Notes under the pieces: generated by a model
What the model saw: only the letters and a program-made list of their open reading frames with translations
Database searches by the model: none
What the model was told of the DNA's origin: nothing
Source of the DNA: Sulfolobales archaeon
GTDB lineage: Archaea; Thermoproteota; Thermoprotei_A; Sulfolobales; AG1
Assembly (NCBI GenBank): GCA_038867615.1
Contig: JAWBYA010000003.1
Span: 192,001 to 256,000 of the forward strand
Length of the DNA stretch: 64,000 nt
Direction: 5' to 3'
Shown: positions 47,977 through 58,334 of the stretch, in pieces
How positions within the stretch are numbered: the stretch's first letter is position 1
How the letters are laid out: each line of letters begins with the position of its first letter
Made by a program: the position numbers and the translations under genes

Positions 47977-50394
47977 TCAGCCTGAGAATCTCTTTAGCGT
48001 CTGTGCCGATGCTGTTACCGAGATGCTGCTCATAGCCATAGCGATCCCTGCTAGCTCTGGCCTTAAATACAGACCTGCCGTCTCGTATAGAGCGCCTGCC
48101 GCTATTGGTATTAGTATTACATTGTATATGAATGCCCAGAACAGGTTATAATAGATCTTCCTCCTTATGGCTTTTAGAAGCTCTATGGCTCTTACAACGC
48201 CTCTTAGATCCTCTTTGACTAGGATTATATCGCCAGCCTCTCTAGCTATGTCTGTTCCACCCCCCATCGCTATCCCAAGATCGGCTTTGCTGAGGGATGC
48301 TGCATCGTTTATACCGTCACCAACCATAGCCACGCCCCCAGAGCTCTTCAGCCTATCTATAGCTTCAGCCTTATCCTCTGGAGAAGCTTCTGCTATAACA
48401 TCATCCACGCCTATCCTCGATGCTATGATCCTGGCTGAGCGCTCCTTATCGCCTGTGAGCATGATAACTCTATAACCACTCGATCTGAGGCGTCTAACAA
48501 CCTCAACGGCTTCTGGTCTTACAGCATCACCGACACCTATTATACCTATAAGCCTTCCCTCGATAGCCACATAGACTACGGTAAGACCTTCATTCATAAT
48601 CTCCTCAGAGATTCTTTTAACATCACCCTCGATCTCTATTTCAAAGCCGCGCATCAGCTTATCATTCCCAACAGCAATAACCCTCCCCCCGATCCAGGCT
48701 ATGACGCCCTGTCCAGGTATATTCTCAAAAGCCTCTGGATCTTTTATTGTTAACCCCATATCTTTGGCCTTCTCAACTATGGCTTGTGCTATTGGATGCT
48801 CGCTCCTCTTCTCCGCTATTGCTGCTAGCATGATCACATCTCTCTCATCTACCTCCTCACTGAGGGTTTTTACGATCCTAACGCCCGGCTTCCCTACAGT
48901 TAGGGTTCCTGTCTTATCAAACACCACAGTCTTTATTCTATGCACTCTATCTATGACACTAGCGTCTTTTATCAACACACCTAGCTCGGCTCCTCTACCA
49001 AAGCCTGTAACAATAGCAGCTGGGGTTGCTAGGCCTAGGGCGCATGGACATGCTATAACTAGCACCGATGCTACAAAAATGATCGCTGTGCTGAGGGGTA
49101 CACCGGCCAGCAGCGTCCAGTATGCTAGTGTTGATATGGCTATCGCTATCACAATCCAGGTGAAGATCCCCGCTACTCGGTCAACAGTCCCTTGGATCTT
49201 TGGTCTAGAATTCTGAGCGATCCTCACAAGCCTTATGATCTGCCCGAGAACCGTGTCCTTCCCAACCCTGGTTGTATAGACCAGCAACGAGCCCCTCAAT
49301 ACTGTGGTTCCTGCATAGACAGGATCTCCTGGGGATTTTTCAACAGGATTGGGCTCGCCGGTCATTGCTGATTCGTCGACATATCCACTACCCTCTTTAA
49401 CGATACCATCAACAGGGATTCTCTCGCCCGGCTTTATGCGGACTAGATCGCCTATCCTAACATCCTCTATAGGGATCTCAGCCTCAACCCCACCTCTCAC
49501 AACCCTGGCACTCCTACTCTGGAGCTGTGCTAACTTCTTAACAGCCTCTCCTGTTCTCAGCTTGAGCCTTGCCTCGATATATCTTCCCAAGAGTATGAAT
49601 GCCATTACAACTGCTGAGGCCTCGTAGAAGGCCTCGCCCTTAACAAGCCCTAGTGTGACTGCAAGGGAGAATATATAGGCTGAATAGGTGCCCAAGATTA
49701 CCAGGGAATCCATTCCAGGGTTCAGGTTTAGGAAGGATCTAATAGCTGTTCTCAAGAACCTCATAGATCCTATGAAGAGCACTATGGTTGATAAAGGTAT
49801 TCCAACTAAGAGATCTCTCAGTAAGGGGGATCCCCATAGCGGTACTGGGTAGCCCATGTAGCCGAGCATATAATATATAGCTAGTAAGATCGATGCTGGA
49901 AGCGATATGAGTGTATATAGCCTGAGCTTCTTGAGATCCTCAATAGCTACTTTAGAACCTATATCCTCAACCTCTGCTTCAGCCTTAAAACTCTCAACAC
50001 TATATCCCAGAGATCCGAGGGCTTCTGCTAGTGATTGTTGCTTGATGACGAGAGGATTATAGAGAATCCTAACACTCTTGTCAATATGGCTGGCATGAAC
50101 CTCTATAACGCCTTCGAGGTTCCTAAGCCTTTCGACAATGATCTTCTCATCATCATAGCTATTAAGATTCTTGACTATAGCGATGGCCTCCTCTTTATAT
50201 ACATCATAGCCAGCCTTTCTGATAGCATTTACGATATCTCTAGGCGTCACCTTCGATGGGTCGTACTTGATCCTGGCCTCTTCTGATGCGAGGCTTACAA
50301 GAGCCTCTATACCAAGCTTTGAGAGGCTCTTCTGGATAGTTATGGCACATGTTGCACAATGCATGCCAATGATCCTATATACCTCTTCCCTCAA
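47977..50394 (-). CDS. copA: Copper-translocating P1B-type ATPase
   Basis: GMHCATC, TGE, CPCALGLATP, DKTGT, SEHP, GDGIND, YN and MAMSS. Confidence 0.95.
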   Translation of the reverse strand: MREEVYRIIGMHCATCAITIQKSLSKLGIEALVSLASEEARIKYDPSKVTPRDIVNAIRKAGYDVYKEEAIAIVKNLNSYDDEKIIVERLRNLEGVIEVHASHIDKSVRILYNPLVIKQQSLAEALGSLGYSVESFKAEAEVEDIGSKVAIEDLKKLRLYTLISLPASILLAIYYMLGYMGYPVPLWGSPLLRDLLVGIPLSTIVLFIGSMRFLRTAIRSFLNLNPGMDSLVILGTYSAYIFSLAVTLGLVKGEAFYEASAVVMAFILLGRYIEARLKLRTGEAVKKLAQLQSRSARVVRGGVEAEIPIEDVRIGDLVRIKPGERIPVDGIVKEGSGYVDESAMTGEPNPVEKSPGDPVYAGTTVLRGSLLVYTTRVGKDTVLGQIIRLVRIAQNSRPKIQGTVDRVAGIFTWIVIAIAISTLAYWTLLAGVPLSTAIIFVASVLVIACPCALGLATPAAIVTGFGRGAELGVLIKDASVIDRVHRIKTVVFDKTGTLTVGKPGVRIVKTLSEEVDERDVIMLAAIAEKRSEHPIAQAIVEKAKDMGLTIKDPEAFENIPGQGVIAWIGGRVIAVGNDKLMRGFEIEIEGDVKRISEEIMNEGLTVVYVAIEGRLIGIIGVGDAVRPEAVEVVRRLRSSGYRVIMLTGDKERSARIIASRIGVDDVIAEASPEDKAEAIDRLKSSGGVAMVGDGINDAASLSKADLGIAMGGGTDIAREAGDIILVKEDLRGVVRAIELLKAIRRKIYYNLFWAFIYNVILIPIAAGALYETAGLYLRPELAGIAMAMSSISVTASAQTLKRFSG

Positions 50395-50410
50395 TTAGTC
50401 AGTCCCTCGT

Positions 50411-50608
50411 TTACGTGTGGTGATGCTCTCCGCTCGGCATTCCCTTGGGACCGTGTTTCAGATAATACTCAGGATCCCGTTCGAATTCCTTCTTACACAT
50501 GCCTGAACAGAAGTAATAGATCTTACCCTTATACACTGTTTTATGAACAGCCTTAGCTGGATCTACTTCCATGCCACAAACAGGATCTATGGCCATACTA
50601 TACCCCAC
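50411..50608 (-). CDS. YHS/TRASH-domain copper metallochaperone (CopM-like)
   Basis: DPVCGMEV..YKGKIYYFCSGMCKKEF, directly upstream of copA. Confidence 0.9.
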   Translation of the reverse strand: MGYSMAIDPVCGMEVDPAKAVHKTVYKGKIYYFCSGMCKKEFERDPEYYLKHGPKGMPSGEHHHT

Positions 50609-50784
50609 CGTAATATTGCTGCTAGAAGTAATTTAAGTATCCAACAATGGGATCTTTTTCTCTATTGAAAATAGTAGTAAATCACCACAGCGACGGCTAT
50701 ATGATAGCTTAAACAGTTGCAAAACTCTCTATAGCGTGGATGAATATTAGCCTTTTTGCATATATGCATTCTAGGAGTTGGTCT

Positions 50785-50979
50785 ATGCCCACACACGGAT
50801 CGATGACCAAAGCTGGGAAGGTGAGGAACGCAACACCCAAGATACCGCCTAAACCTAAGAGGAACCTCGTACCCAGGGTTAGAAATAGGAGGGAGTTCTG
50901 GATCAGGAATAGAAAGGCTGCAGGGCTTCCTGTCCCAACAGTTGTTCCACCATCCTCAGTTCCTAGGAAGAAGCAGTAA
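50785..50979 (+). CDS. rps30e: 30S ribosomal protein S30e
   Basis: [27 protein letters not shown]; start moved to the ATG at 50785. Confidence 0.93.
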   Translation: MPTHGSMTKAGKVRNATPKIPPKPKRNLVPRVRNRREFWIRNRKAAGLPVPTVVPPSSVPRKKQ

Positions 50980-51056
50980 GATGAGTAACTAGTCTCGCTA
51001 CTCCTCTCGATATATATGTTCTATCTTGGTTTTAACAGTGCTATGGAGAAGATCAT

Positions 51057-51803
51057 ATGGCGAGGTTTGTCTCGTTATATACAGGGGGTAAGGATAGCCA
51101 CACAGCAACCCTTATAGCTATGAGAGAGTTTAAAGCAGATCCAGCGCTCCTACTAATTATAGTAACGCCTAAGGAGGATTCCTACCTGCTACATACGGTG
51201 AACGTCAAGTGGGCACATATCCATGGTCACGTAATGGGTATACCAACCAAGCTCGTCGAGATCAATGGATCCGATGAGGAGGGCGAGGTGTTGAGAGAGT
51301 TGGAGAAAGCCGTGGAGCAGACGAATGCAGATATGATCGTTACTGGAGGGATAGCCAGTATGTATCAGAAGAGGAGGTTCGATTCTATGGCTAGGGATCT
51401 CGGGGTGGAGCATGTGTCACCCCTATGGGGCATGGATCAAGAGAGGGTTTTGAAGCTAGAGGTGCTTGAGTATGGTGTTAGCTTCATGATAGTAGCTGCT
51501 ATGGCTATGGGGTTTACAGAGGAATGGGTGGGTAGGGTTATAGATGATAAAGATGATGTGGAGCAGCTCTTAAAGCTCTCAAGGAAATATATGTTCTCGC
51601 CAGTCGGTGAAGGGGGAGAGTATGAGAGCTACGTGGTATACTCACCCCTATTTAAATGCACAAGACTAATCCCTGTAGGTAGGAGAGTATGGTTCCCAAG
51701 TGGTTGGGGTCTTTATGTTATACAGAGTGTAGAGAAAAATACCATCAGTACTGAATGCGGAGGATCTATCAACATTTATCATAATGATCCTAGGCATAAG
51801 TGA
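51057..51803 (+). CDS. dph6: Diphthine--ammonia ligase
   Basis: SLYTGGKDS, DSYLLH, GGIASMYQ, SPLWG, GEGGEYES. Confidence 0.88.
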   Translation: MARFVSLYTGGKDSHTATLIAMREFKADPALLLIIVTPKEDSYLLHTVNVKWAHIHGHVMGIPTKLVEINGSDEEGEVLRELEKAVEQTNADMIVTGGIASMYQKRRFDSMARDLGVEHVSPLWGMDQERVLKLEVLEYGVSFMIVAAMAMGFTEEWVGRVIDDKDDVEQLLKLSRKYMFSPVGEGGEYESYVVYSPLFKCTRLIPVGRRVWFPSGWGLYVIQSVEKNTISTECGGSINIYHNDPRHK

Positions 51804-52134
51804 CAGAGCAGCTATGCCGAATATCCAAACGCGATATAATGGCTAGAACTTATCATTATTACGTATAATGCATTGTAGTCAGACAATCCATCCCGAGCAT
51901 GGCGAAAGTCTACACAGATCTCTGCTCGTTACTACGGAGCTTTAGCAACAACTTTACGCTGGGAATCGGATCCTCAAAACCTGATCATGAATCATAGGCT
52001 TGTCAGAACTTTATGGGTCTTGTAGCTAAGCGTTATATCATGCAGCCTCTGACAGCCATATTTTATATGGAGCGGTTTCTCATAATGTGTAAAAGCTAGG
52101 AAGCATTTAACAATAACTATATTCCAATGGGAAG

Positions 52135-53367
52135 TTAACCCGAGGTCTTTATATAATCATCTATCGCTTTAATAAGAGCCTCTATATCATTTTCACAGTT
52201 ATATAGATAGAAGCTCGCCCTCACACTACCATCGCTATAGCCCAGACCGTCGTGGAGTGCGTGTGCACAGTGGAGTCCTGTTCTAACCGCTATTCTTCTC
52301 TTATCGAGCCACATACCAATAGCCTCAGGACTTGAGCCCTTTATCGTGAAGGTCACTATACCGACCCTCTTATCGGGATCCATAGGGCCTACTACTTTCA
52401 CCCGATCGCCTAGCTCTCCCAAAGATCTCAGTGCTATTCTGGTGAGAATCCTTTCATGCTCATAGATCCTATCGATACCTATTCTCTCAAGATATCTAAC
52501 AGCCTCTGAAAGACCGACAGCCTCTATTATAGGTGGTGTTCCAGCCTCGAACTTCCATGGAGGCTCCTCCCAGATGATATCGAGATCCTCGCCAACGAGC
52601 TTCACCCTTCTCACGGTACCCCCACCGCCTAATGGGGGTTCTAACCTCTCAAGCAGATCGATCCTACCCCACAGCACACCTATACCCGTTGGCCCTAGCA
52701 TCTTGTGGCCGCTGAATGCTATGAAATCGGCTCCGAGGTTCTTTACATCGATCTTCATGTGGGGGACTGACTGGGCTCCATCAACTATCACGATGGCATT
52801 ATGTTCGTGGGCTATCTTTGCTATTTGTTTTACATCGCTTGTATAGCCTGTTACATTGGATTTATGGGAGAAGGCGACGATCCTCGTTCTTTTGCTGATC
52901 ATGCTTGGTAGCAGATCCCATGCTGGTAACCCCTCAGCCGTGATTGGAATGATTCTAAGCCTAGCGCCAACAAATCTAGCTATTCTGGCTAGGGGTATGA
53001 TGAGGCTATGATGATCAGCCTGGGTAACTATTATCTCATCCCCCTTCTGGATATATCCGTTGAACATCAGGGTTAGTGCGGCTAGCTGTATAGCCTCGGA
53101 AGTGTTCCTGGCAAAGATGATCTCATCCCACCTACCACCTATAAATCTGGCCACATCTTCGTGGGAATCCTCATACGCTTTAGAGGCCTCGATACTGAGA
53201 CCATAGACGCCTCTGTGCACGTTTGAATAGCTATACATAGCAAACCTAGCCATAGCCTCTATAACCTGTCTTGGTTTGAGTGTACTTGCTGCGCTGTCAA
53301 GATAGACAACACCTCTGTCAATAATTTCTGGGAAATCCTCTCTAGGGGCTAGGCACAATATTATCAA
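52135..53367 (-). CDS. sufS: Cysteine desulfurase (SufS-type, PLP)
   Basis: YLDSAAST, NVHRG, DGAQ, FSGHKMLGPTGIG, FEAGTP, RTGLHCA, RASFYLYN. Confidence 0.9.
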   Translation of the reverse strand: MIILCLAPREDFPEIIDRGVVYLDSAASTLKPRQVIEAMARFAMYSYSNVHRGVYGLSIEASKAYEDSHEDVARFIGGRWDEIIFARNTSEAIQLAALTLMFNGYIQKGDEIIVTQADHHSLIIPLARIARFVGARLRIIPITAEGLPAWDLLPSMISKRTRIVAFSHKSNVTGYTSDVKQIAKIAHEHNAIVIVDGAQSVPHMKIDVKNLGADFIAFSGHKMLGPTGIGVLWGRIDLLERLEPPLGGGGTVRRVKLVGEDLDIIWEEPPWKFEAGTPPIIEAVGLSEAVRYLERIGIDRIYEHERILTRIALRSLGELGDRVKVVGPMDPDKRVGIVTFTIKGSSPEAIGMWLDKRRIAVRTGLHCAHALHDGLGYSDGSVRASFYLYNCENDIEALIKAIDDYIKTSG

Positions 53368-53568
53368 CCGATCAATATAGATTTACGAAGCTCTTAAGGA
53401 TGGGAGAAAGACCAAAGATCCCAGCTCATTGAGAATATGTGAAGAAATGAAGAAACGGTTTGTCTCTGGATGTTTTTTTCTGATCATTTATTATTCATGG
53501 TTTTATCTAGGGGTTTTGCCTCTGCCCTCAGGGTCTCTAATCCTGCTGGGTCGTGGGTAACCATCAAG

Positions 53569-53643
53569 TCAAACAACACGCGGCTCCCATCTAGGGCTTG
53601 TGTGGAAAGATCCACACCGAGGGCAATACATCTCAAAGCCCAT
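53569..53643 (-). CDS. Possible CPxCG microprotein or zinc-ribbon remnant (MGFEMYCPRCGSFHTSPRWEPRVV)
   Basis: GGAGGT Shine-Dalgarno 4 nt before ATG; single CxxC knuckle. Confidence 0.3.
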   Translation of the reverse strand: MGFEMYCPRCGSFHTSPRWEPRVV

Positions 53644-53760
53644 AAATACCTCCTACAAATATCAAAAAGAAAACATCCCCATATCGGTGTAGGATCTGTT
53701 GTAACGTTTTGGGTATCGGGCTTCTATATAGTTATGTCGATCTATGTTATTTCAGGACTG

Positions 53761-54471
53761 TTAGCTTGTCCTGGTCAGGGATCTGTATTGCTTAACTATC
53801 TCAATACCGGATGAGCTGCCGATAATGTCTGCTCCAGCGATCCTCATTAGAGCGAGATCCCATATAGTTCTTATACCCCCAGCAGCTTTTACACCAGTTT
53901 TGCTACCCTTTAGAGTGTTTTTCATAATAATAACATCCTCCACACTAGCCCCTCTGGGACCAAAACCCGTGGATGTTTTCACATAGCTAGCACCCGCTTT
54001 TGCAACAAGCCTACTAGCGAGCTCTATCTTCTCTCTAGAGAGATAGCCCGTCTCTATTATTATTTTACTTCCAAGACCCAGTTCTCTCGCTCTGTCAACT
54101 ATTGCTGTAACCTCTCTCTCAAATTCACTCCATAAACCCTCAACTATAAATCCTATGTCAGCCACAACATCAACTTCCCTAGCTCCTTTTGATGCTGCAT
54201 ACTCTATCTCCCTCAGCTTTAACTCAAGCCCTATATTCCCGTGGGGGAAGGCAATTACTGTGGCTATAGGTGTTCTGCTTATCTGTGCCACTAGGGATAG
54301 CCTGTTAAGGGGTACTACCAATGCTCTGAACCCGTACTGATCGCTCTCGCTGGCAAACTTCTCATAGGCCTTTGGACCGGCATCTGGTCGTAGGAGTGTC
54401 TGGTCTATTAGTGGTGCTGGGTTCCCCATCGTCTCTATTATCCTCACAAGATCCAGGCTCAATCTATCCAA
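53761..54471 (-). CDS. deoC: Deoxyribose-phosphate aldolase
   Basis: IDQTLLRP, VIAFPHG, EVDVV, KIIIETG, VKTSTGF, VKAAGGIR. Confidence 0.93.
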   Translation of the reverse strand: MDRLSLDLVRIIETMGNPAPLIDQTLLRPDAGPKAYEKFASESDQYGFRALVVPLNRLSLVAQISRTPIATVIAFPHGNIGLELKLREIEYAASKGAREVDVVADIGFIVEGLWSEFEREVTAIVDRARELGLGSKIIIETGYLSREKIELASRLVAKAGASYVKTSTGFGPRGASVEDVIIMKNTLKGSKTGVKAAGGIRTIWDLALMRIAGADIIGSSSGIEIVKQYRSLTRTS

Positions 54472-55625
54472 TCCCCGGTGGATATTTTGTTAGGTATATA
54501 GTTATCCATTAAGAAGCTAAGACCCTTGCTTGTGAGAGCCTCTATCTCAAGCTTAGCCTTCTTTTCTTCAAATATATCTAGCTCTCTCTTCCACTTCTTG
54601 GTCTGGAACCACTTATAGTTCCTCAGCTCCTTAGCCCTCTTGAGATCCATATCCTTAGCCTTGATTATATAGTTCCTTCTCTCACTCTCGGACAGGTAGG
54701 GCTTCTTACCCGAGGAAGAGTCGCCGAATATATCGCTCATCGCTACCCCAAGGAATCTTGCGTTAGGTGTTGCTAGCCCCTCGCTTTCGTAGGATAGTGT
54801 TATGGATCCTATTTTGAACACGCTGTATATATAGAACCCATATGGATCGCTATCAGTTATTATATATACAGGGAGACCTAGCTCCTCATTGAGTCTCCTA
54901 ACAAACCTCCTGGTAGCCCTGTCAGGCTGTCCCGCACTTGTGATCAGTATTGATTTGTATTTTTTCCAGAACTGTGCTCTGTGGAGCTGTTGGAAAACAG
55001 CGTCTTTCTCTACAACTAGCACGAACTCTGCATTGACGTCTTTAAACTCTATTAGGTCTGGTGTGGGTTCTATAGCATATGCCCCGTGCCCCATCTTGCT
55101 AAGATCTATGATATCGTCTCCGCTCTTTATTCTCATATCACCAACAACTTTCCCCTTCTCCTTAGATAGTATTAGCATGTTCTCTCTCAAGAGATCTGTA
55201 TATACCTCTATGTCTCGCAATACAGAGTCGCTCTCAGACTGCTCATCCCACGTGTTTTCCTCATTAACTTTCCCCCTATGATCCCTATACCTAATGGTGT
55301 GCTTACCTCTGTAATAGAGATCTCTTATCGTTGGGTACTCATTATTAATGAGAGCCTGGTATATTATCGATGCCATGAGGATTGTCTGCATAAACCTCCT
55401 AGCCTCGTGGGCGTCTAGGAATCTTCTCACAAGCTTCTCACTCCCTAGCACGAGGAGTTTTCTCTGCTCATCATAGATAGTGTTTGATAGGGTTCTCTTT
55501 GGTATGCTCATTTTCGGCTCTTCTCCTTCCATTATCGATTTATATATCTCGAGGAACTTTGATCTGATCACCTCTGCCGCTTTTTTCCTGGCTTCTAGGT
55601 CAACTTTGGAGATATGCACAGACAA
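54459..55625 (-). CDS. top6A: DNA topoisomerase VI subunit A
   Basis: TIRDLYYRGKH, EQSESD, VVEKDAVF, GQPDRATRRF, DSDPYG, KLEIEAL. Confidence 0.96.
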   Translation of the reverse strand: MSVHISKVDLEARKKAAEVIRSKFLEIYKSIMEGEEPKMSIPKRTLSNTIYDEQRKLLVLGSEKLVRRFLDAHEARRFMQTILMASIIYQALINNEYPTIRDLYYRGKHTIRYRDHRGKVNEENTWDEQSESDSVLRDIEVYTDLLRENMLILSKEKGKVVGDMRIKSGDDIIDLSKMGHGAYAIEPTPDLIEFKDVNAEFVLVVEKDAVFQQLHRAQFWKKYKSILITSAGQPDRATRRFVRRLNEELGLPVYIITDSDPYGFYIYSVFKIGSITLSYESEGLATPNARFLGVAMSDIFGDSSSGKKPYLSESERRNYIIKAKDMDLKRAKELRNYKWFQTKKWKRELDIFEEKKAKLEIEALTSKGLSFLMDNYIPNKISTGDWID

Positions 55626-55756
55626 AACGATCCCCTCAGTTAATGTGGTAATACTCCTCTTCTCTAAAATTACACTGAGACCTATATCTATGCTTACTAA
55701 GACTCTTCCTAGACGGGGTGTGGTTGCAACACCCTAGTCCGGATACAGTGCTACTT

Positions 55757-57337
55757 CTACTCAACCCCTATTACCACGTCCTTTACACTTTTTATACCTA
55801 CCCCTAGCTTTGCTCTGGCGAGGGATAGAAGCTTCTCCTCAATAATACTCTCGCCACTATCTACTCCCACTATTGTTGATAGACTCCTAGAGATCTCTGG
55901 TATATATTTAATAATAGAATAGGCTCTTCTAGCCGCTTCTTCCTCTCTCTTCTTCCTAGATAGATAGTTTCTAAGCCTCCTAGCCACCTCTCTCAAACCA
56001 TTCCTTATCTCCGCCTCTATCTCTGGTACATCAGCTATGCTCTCTTTACCAACCCCCTTATATGGGATCTTCGTGCTGCATACATGCACCAGCACAGCTA
56101 TCGGTGCTGGGAACTCTACCTCATAATCCCTCCAATCCATTGTCGATACTATTTTGAAAGAAACATCGGATCCCTCGTCGTAGAGTAGGGGTATCTTGTT
56201 GGCAAACCTGAGTAGCAGGATCTCTGTAGGGTCATTTGCTATAGGTACAGAACCGCCATATGCTATGCCTGTCTCTACTATCACAGCATGTCCAGCATAG
56301 CTGGTTGGCTTCCTAGTAATAGCATCAACGAATTCCGGCTTAAACATATTGCTAAGCCCTATCCTAAGGATCTCGTCTCCTATTGGTGATAGATGGTCTG
56401 CTGAGGGTCTTCTAAATCCATCGTATTTCTTGATAGACTCTGCGAGCCTCTCGATCTCTTCTTGAGAGAGTCTCCTAGGATTTCTATCGCTTCTCAACCC
56501 AGCGATTGCCAGGATATTTTCAGCGGTTTTTCTACCAACGCCCTGGAAGTCATTTTCAAGGAACTCCAGTATAGTCCTCCTCCTTGTAGAGGTTAGCATC
56601 ATTTTCAACATTTCTAGATCAACGCCTATCGGGTGGGGTTTTGTCTCTCTAGGGGGTTTTGGTATGAGCTCGGTAACCCTCTTAAACAGATAGATCTTCC
56701 CCTCAGGGTCTTTAAAATAAATGGTGGCATATGGTGCTATTATATGGGTTCTCTTAATATAGTCGATAATTTTGCTCTTAGATCTCTGCCAATCACCCAG
56801 TATGGAGACCTTAACCACAGTACCGTGCCAATCGCTCTCCTTGCGCCATGAGGATCTCTCAAGAACCACTGGCTCGTTATTCTTTATATCTATCATAAGC
56901 CTGAAACCATAGATTCGTGTGGACTTAATAGGGCTTGTAATAACCTCAACAGGCTTTCCCACAGTTATTTGTCCGTAGAGGACAACCATCTTGGCACCCA
57001 AACCGAACATGCCTCTTGTTTGTCTCAATGTATACTTGCTGCTAAAGAGCACCATTCCAAAGGCTTGTGGTACATAGTGGGGCGGGATCCCTATACCGTT
57101 ATCCTGGACAGTTATGGAATAGATATCCTCGCCCTGACCATCACTCTTATCTATACTTATATTGATCTCTGGGAGTATTCCGTGAGCATCTGTTGCATCG
57201 AGAGCATTCTCGGTAAGCTCTCTCACACTTTGATAAAGCGCTCTAGCAGGGTTGGAAAAGCCTGCTAGCTCCCTATTCCTATAGAAGAACTCTGAGGGAG
57301 AAATAGCCCTGAAGCTCTCTACACTCATTGCTGTCAA
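55757..57337 (-). CDS. top6B: DNA topoisomerase VI subunit B
   Basis: SPSEFF, ELTENALDA, DNGIGIP, QTRGMFGLG, KPHP, RFANKIPLLY. Confidence 0.96.
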   Translation of the reverse strand: MTAMSVESFRAISPSEFFYRNRELAGFSNPARALYQSVRELTENALDATDAHGILPEINISIDKSDGQGEDIYSITVQDNGIGIPPHYVPQAFGMVLFSSKYTLRQTRGMFGLGAKMVVLYGQITVGKPVEVITSPIKSTRIYGFRLMIDIKNNEPVVLERSSWRKESDWHGTVVKVSILGDWQRSKSKIIDYIKRTHIIAPYATIYFKDPEGKIYLFKRVTELIPKPPRETKPHPIGVDLEMLKMMLTSTRRRTILEFLENDFQGVGRKTAENILAIAGLRSDRNPRRLSQEEIERLAESIKKYDGFRRPSADHLSPIGDEILRIGLSNMFKPEFVDAITRKPTSYAGHAVIVETGIAYGGSVPIANDPTEILLLRFANKIPLLYDEGSDVSFKIVSTMDWRDYEVEFPAPIAVLVHVCSTKIPYKGVGKESIADVPEIEAEIRNGLREVARRLRNYLSRKKREEEAARRAYSIIKYIPEISRSLSTIVGVDSGESIIEEKLLSLARAKLGVGIKSVKDVVIGVE

Positions 57338-57442
57338 AAACTAGCACCATCTACTAGTATATTTAATTAATAGTCTTATATAATGTGTGGCCAATACCAA
57401 AGAGTCTTTAGAGCAAATAGTGCCGGGTTTCGTTTGCACTTC

Positions 57443-57496
57443 ACTCATCCGGGCTGGGAGACTTATCCCTTCTTCATCCATCGAGTATCATCGGAG
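57443..57496 (-). ncRNA. Candidate C/D-box sRNA (degenerate boxes)
   Basis: Minus strand: C CCGATGA, guide tactcgatgg, D' ATGA, C' GGGATAA, guide gtctcccagcccgg, D ATGA. Confidence 0.35.
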
Positions 57497-57803
57497 CGCC
57501 TAACATCTTGCGGTTTATGTGTTATCCATGGGTGTTGCTCTCGCTTTATTGGTCATGATATGTCGGTGATATCTTAATGCAGAGTTCTTATATACATTAG
57601 CTTAAAATCCCTAAAGATATTTCTCTCTGCATGATACGCATTACATTAGAGGTACTGATTCGCCGGGTATCTATAGCAGCCTAAAACCTTTAGGAGCATG
57701 TTCAGCTGATAGTGTGTGGAAAGACTCTGGGTAGAGGGGATCTATCTATCAATTAGTTTTGAACTATTAACATAGCTAAATACCTTGGTGTTAGAGAACA
57801 ATT

Positions 57804-57860
57804 GGGGGATGACCGGCTTCTCCCACTGAGTAGTGATTGAGGTGAAGCGACGGGGACCCC
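57804..57860 (+). ncRNA. Candidate C/D-box sRNA
   Basis: GGGG/CCCC terminal stem, C GGGATGA, guide ccggcttctccca, D' CTGA, C' GTGATTGA, guide ggtgaagcgacg, atypical D (GGGA). Confidence 0.5.
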
Positions 57861-57929
57861 ATAGATACTCACAAATAGGTTGGTAGATTCATGGTTCATT
57901 AGATATCTAGCTAGTCATTATTTGGTTTC

Positions 57930-58334
57930 TTACTCATCGGCATACATGGTGCGATCTGCTTTCCCCATAACGATCTTTTCGGCCTTAAGGGCTTTGGCTA
58001 TATAGTCGAAAGAGAGTTCAGGCCTTGTATGGGATCCGCAAGAATATACATCTACGGTAGCGAACCCGAACTCCGGCCATGTGTGTATCGATATATGGCT
58101 CTCGACTATGATGGCTACTATTGATAGGCCCTCACCTATTTTCCAGATCTTTATATCGAGCAGGTTCATGTTACCAACTTCTGCTGCGGTTACAACGATC
58201 TTTTCAAGTTCGTATGGATCTCCAAGGATCTTTGGATCGCAGCCATAGAGATTCCCATAGATATGCTTGCCAATAACCTTGGCAACGACTGGACGAGCAG
58301 GGCTCATGATAGAAATAACTGTGGTCTCCTCCAT
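57930..58334 (-). CDS. speH: S-adenosylmethionine decarboxylase proenzyme (crenarchaeal)
   Basis: E-S pyruvoyl cleavage site in [19 protein letters not shown]; WKIGEG motif fits the AdoMetDC rather than the ArgDC paralog. Confidence 0.85.
   Translation of the reverse strand: MEETTVISIMSPARPVVAKVIGKHIYGNLYGCDPKILGDPYELEKIVVTAAEVGNMNLLDIKIWKIGEGLSIVAIIVESHISIHTWPEFGFATVDVYSCGSHTRPELSFDYIAKALKAEKIVMGKADRTMYADE

Noticed and set aside
55709-55738. Hairpin GGGTGT/ACACCC between top6B and top6A
   Set aside because: Single short stem with no second copy; insufficient for a functional call
54459-57337. Inteins in top6A/top6B (also checked ppsA and cdvC)
   Set aside because: Protein lengths are normal; no splice-junction or LAGLIDADG motifs
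57930-58334. Arginine decarboxylase assignment
   Set aside because: WKIGEG/HTWPE/DVYSCG pattern fits the AdoMetDC paralog better than ArgDC, which I recall as having FGGKKGG
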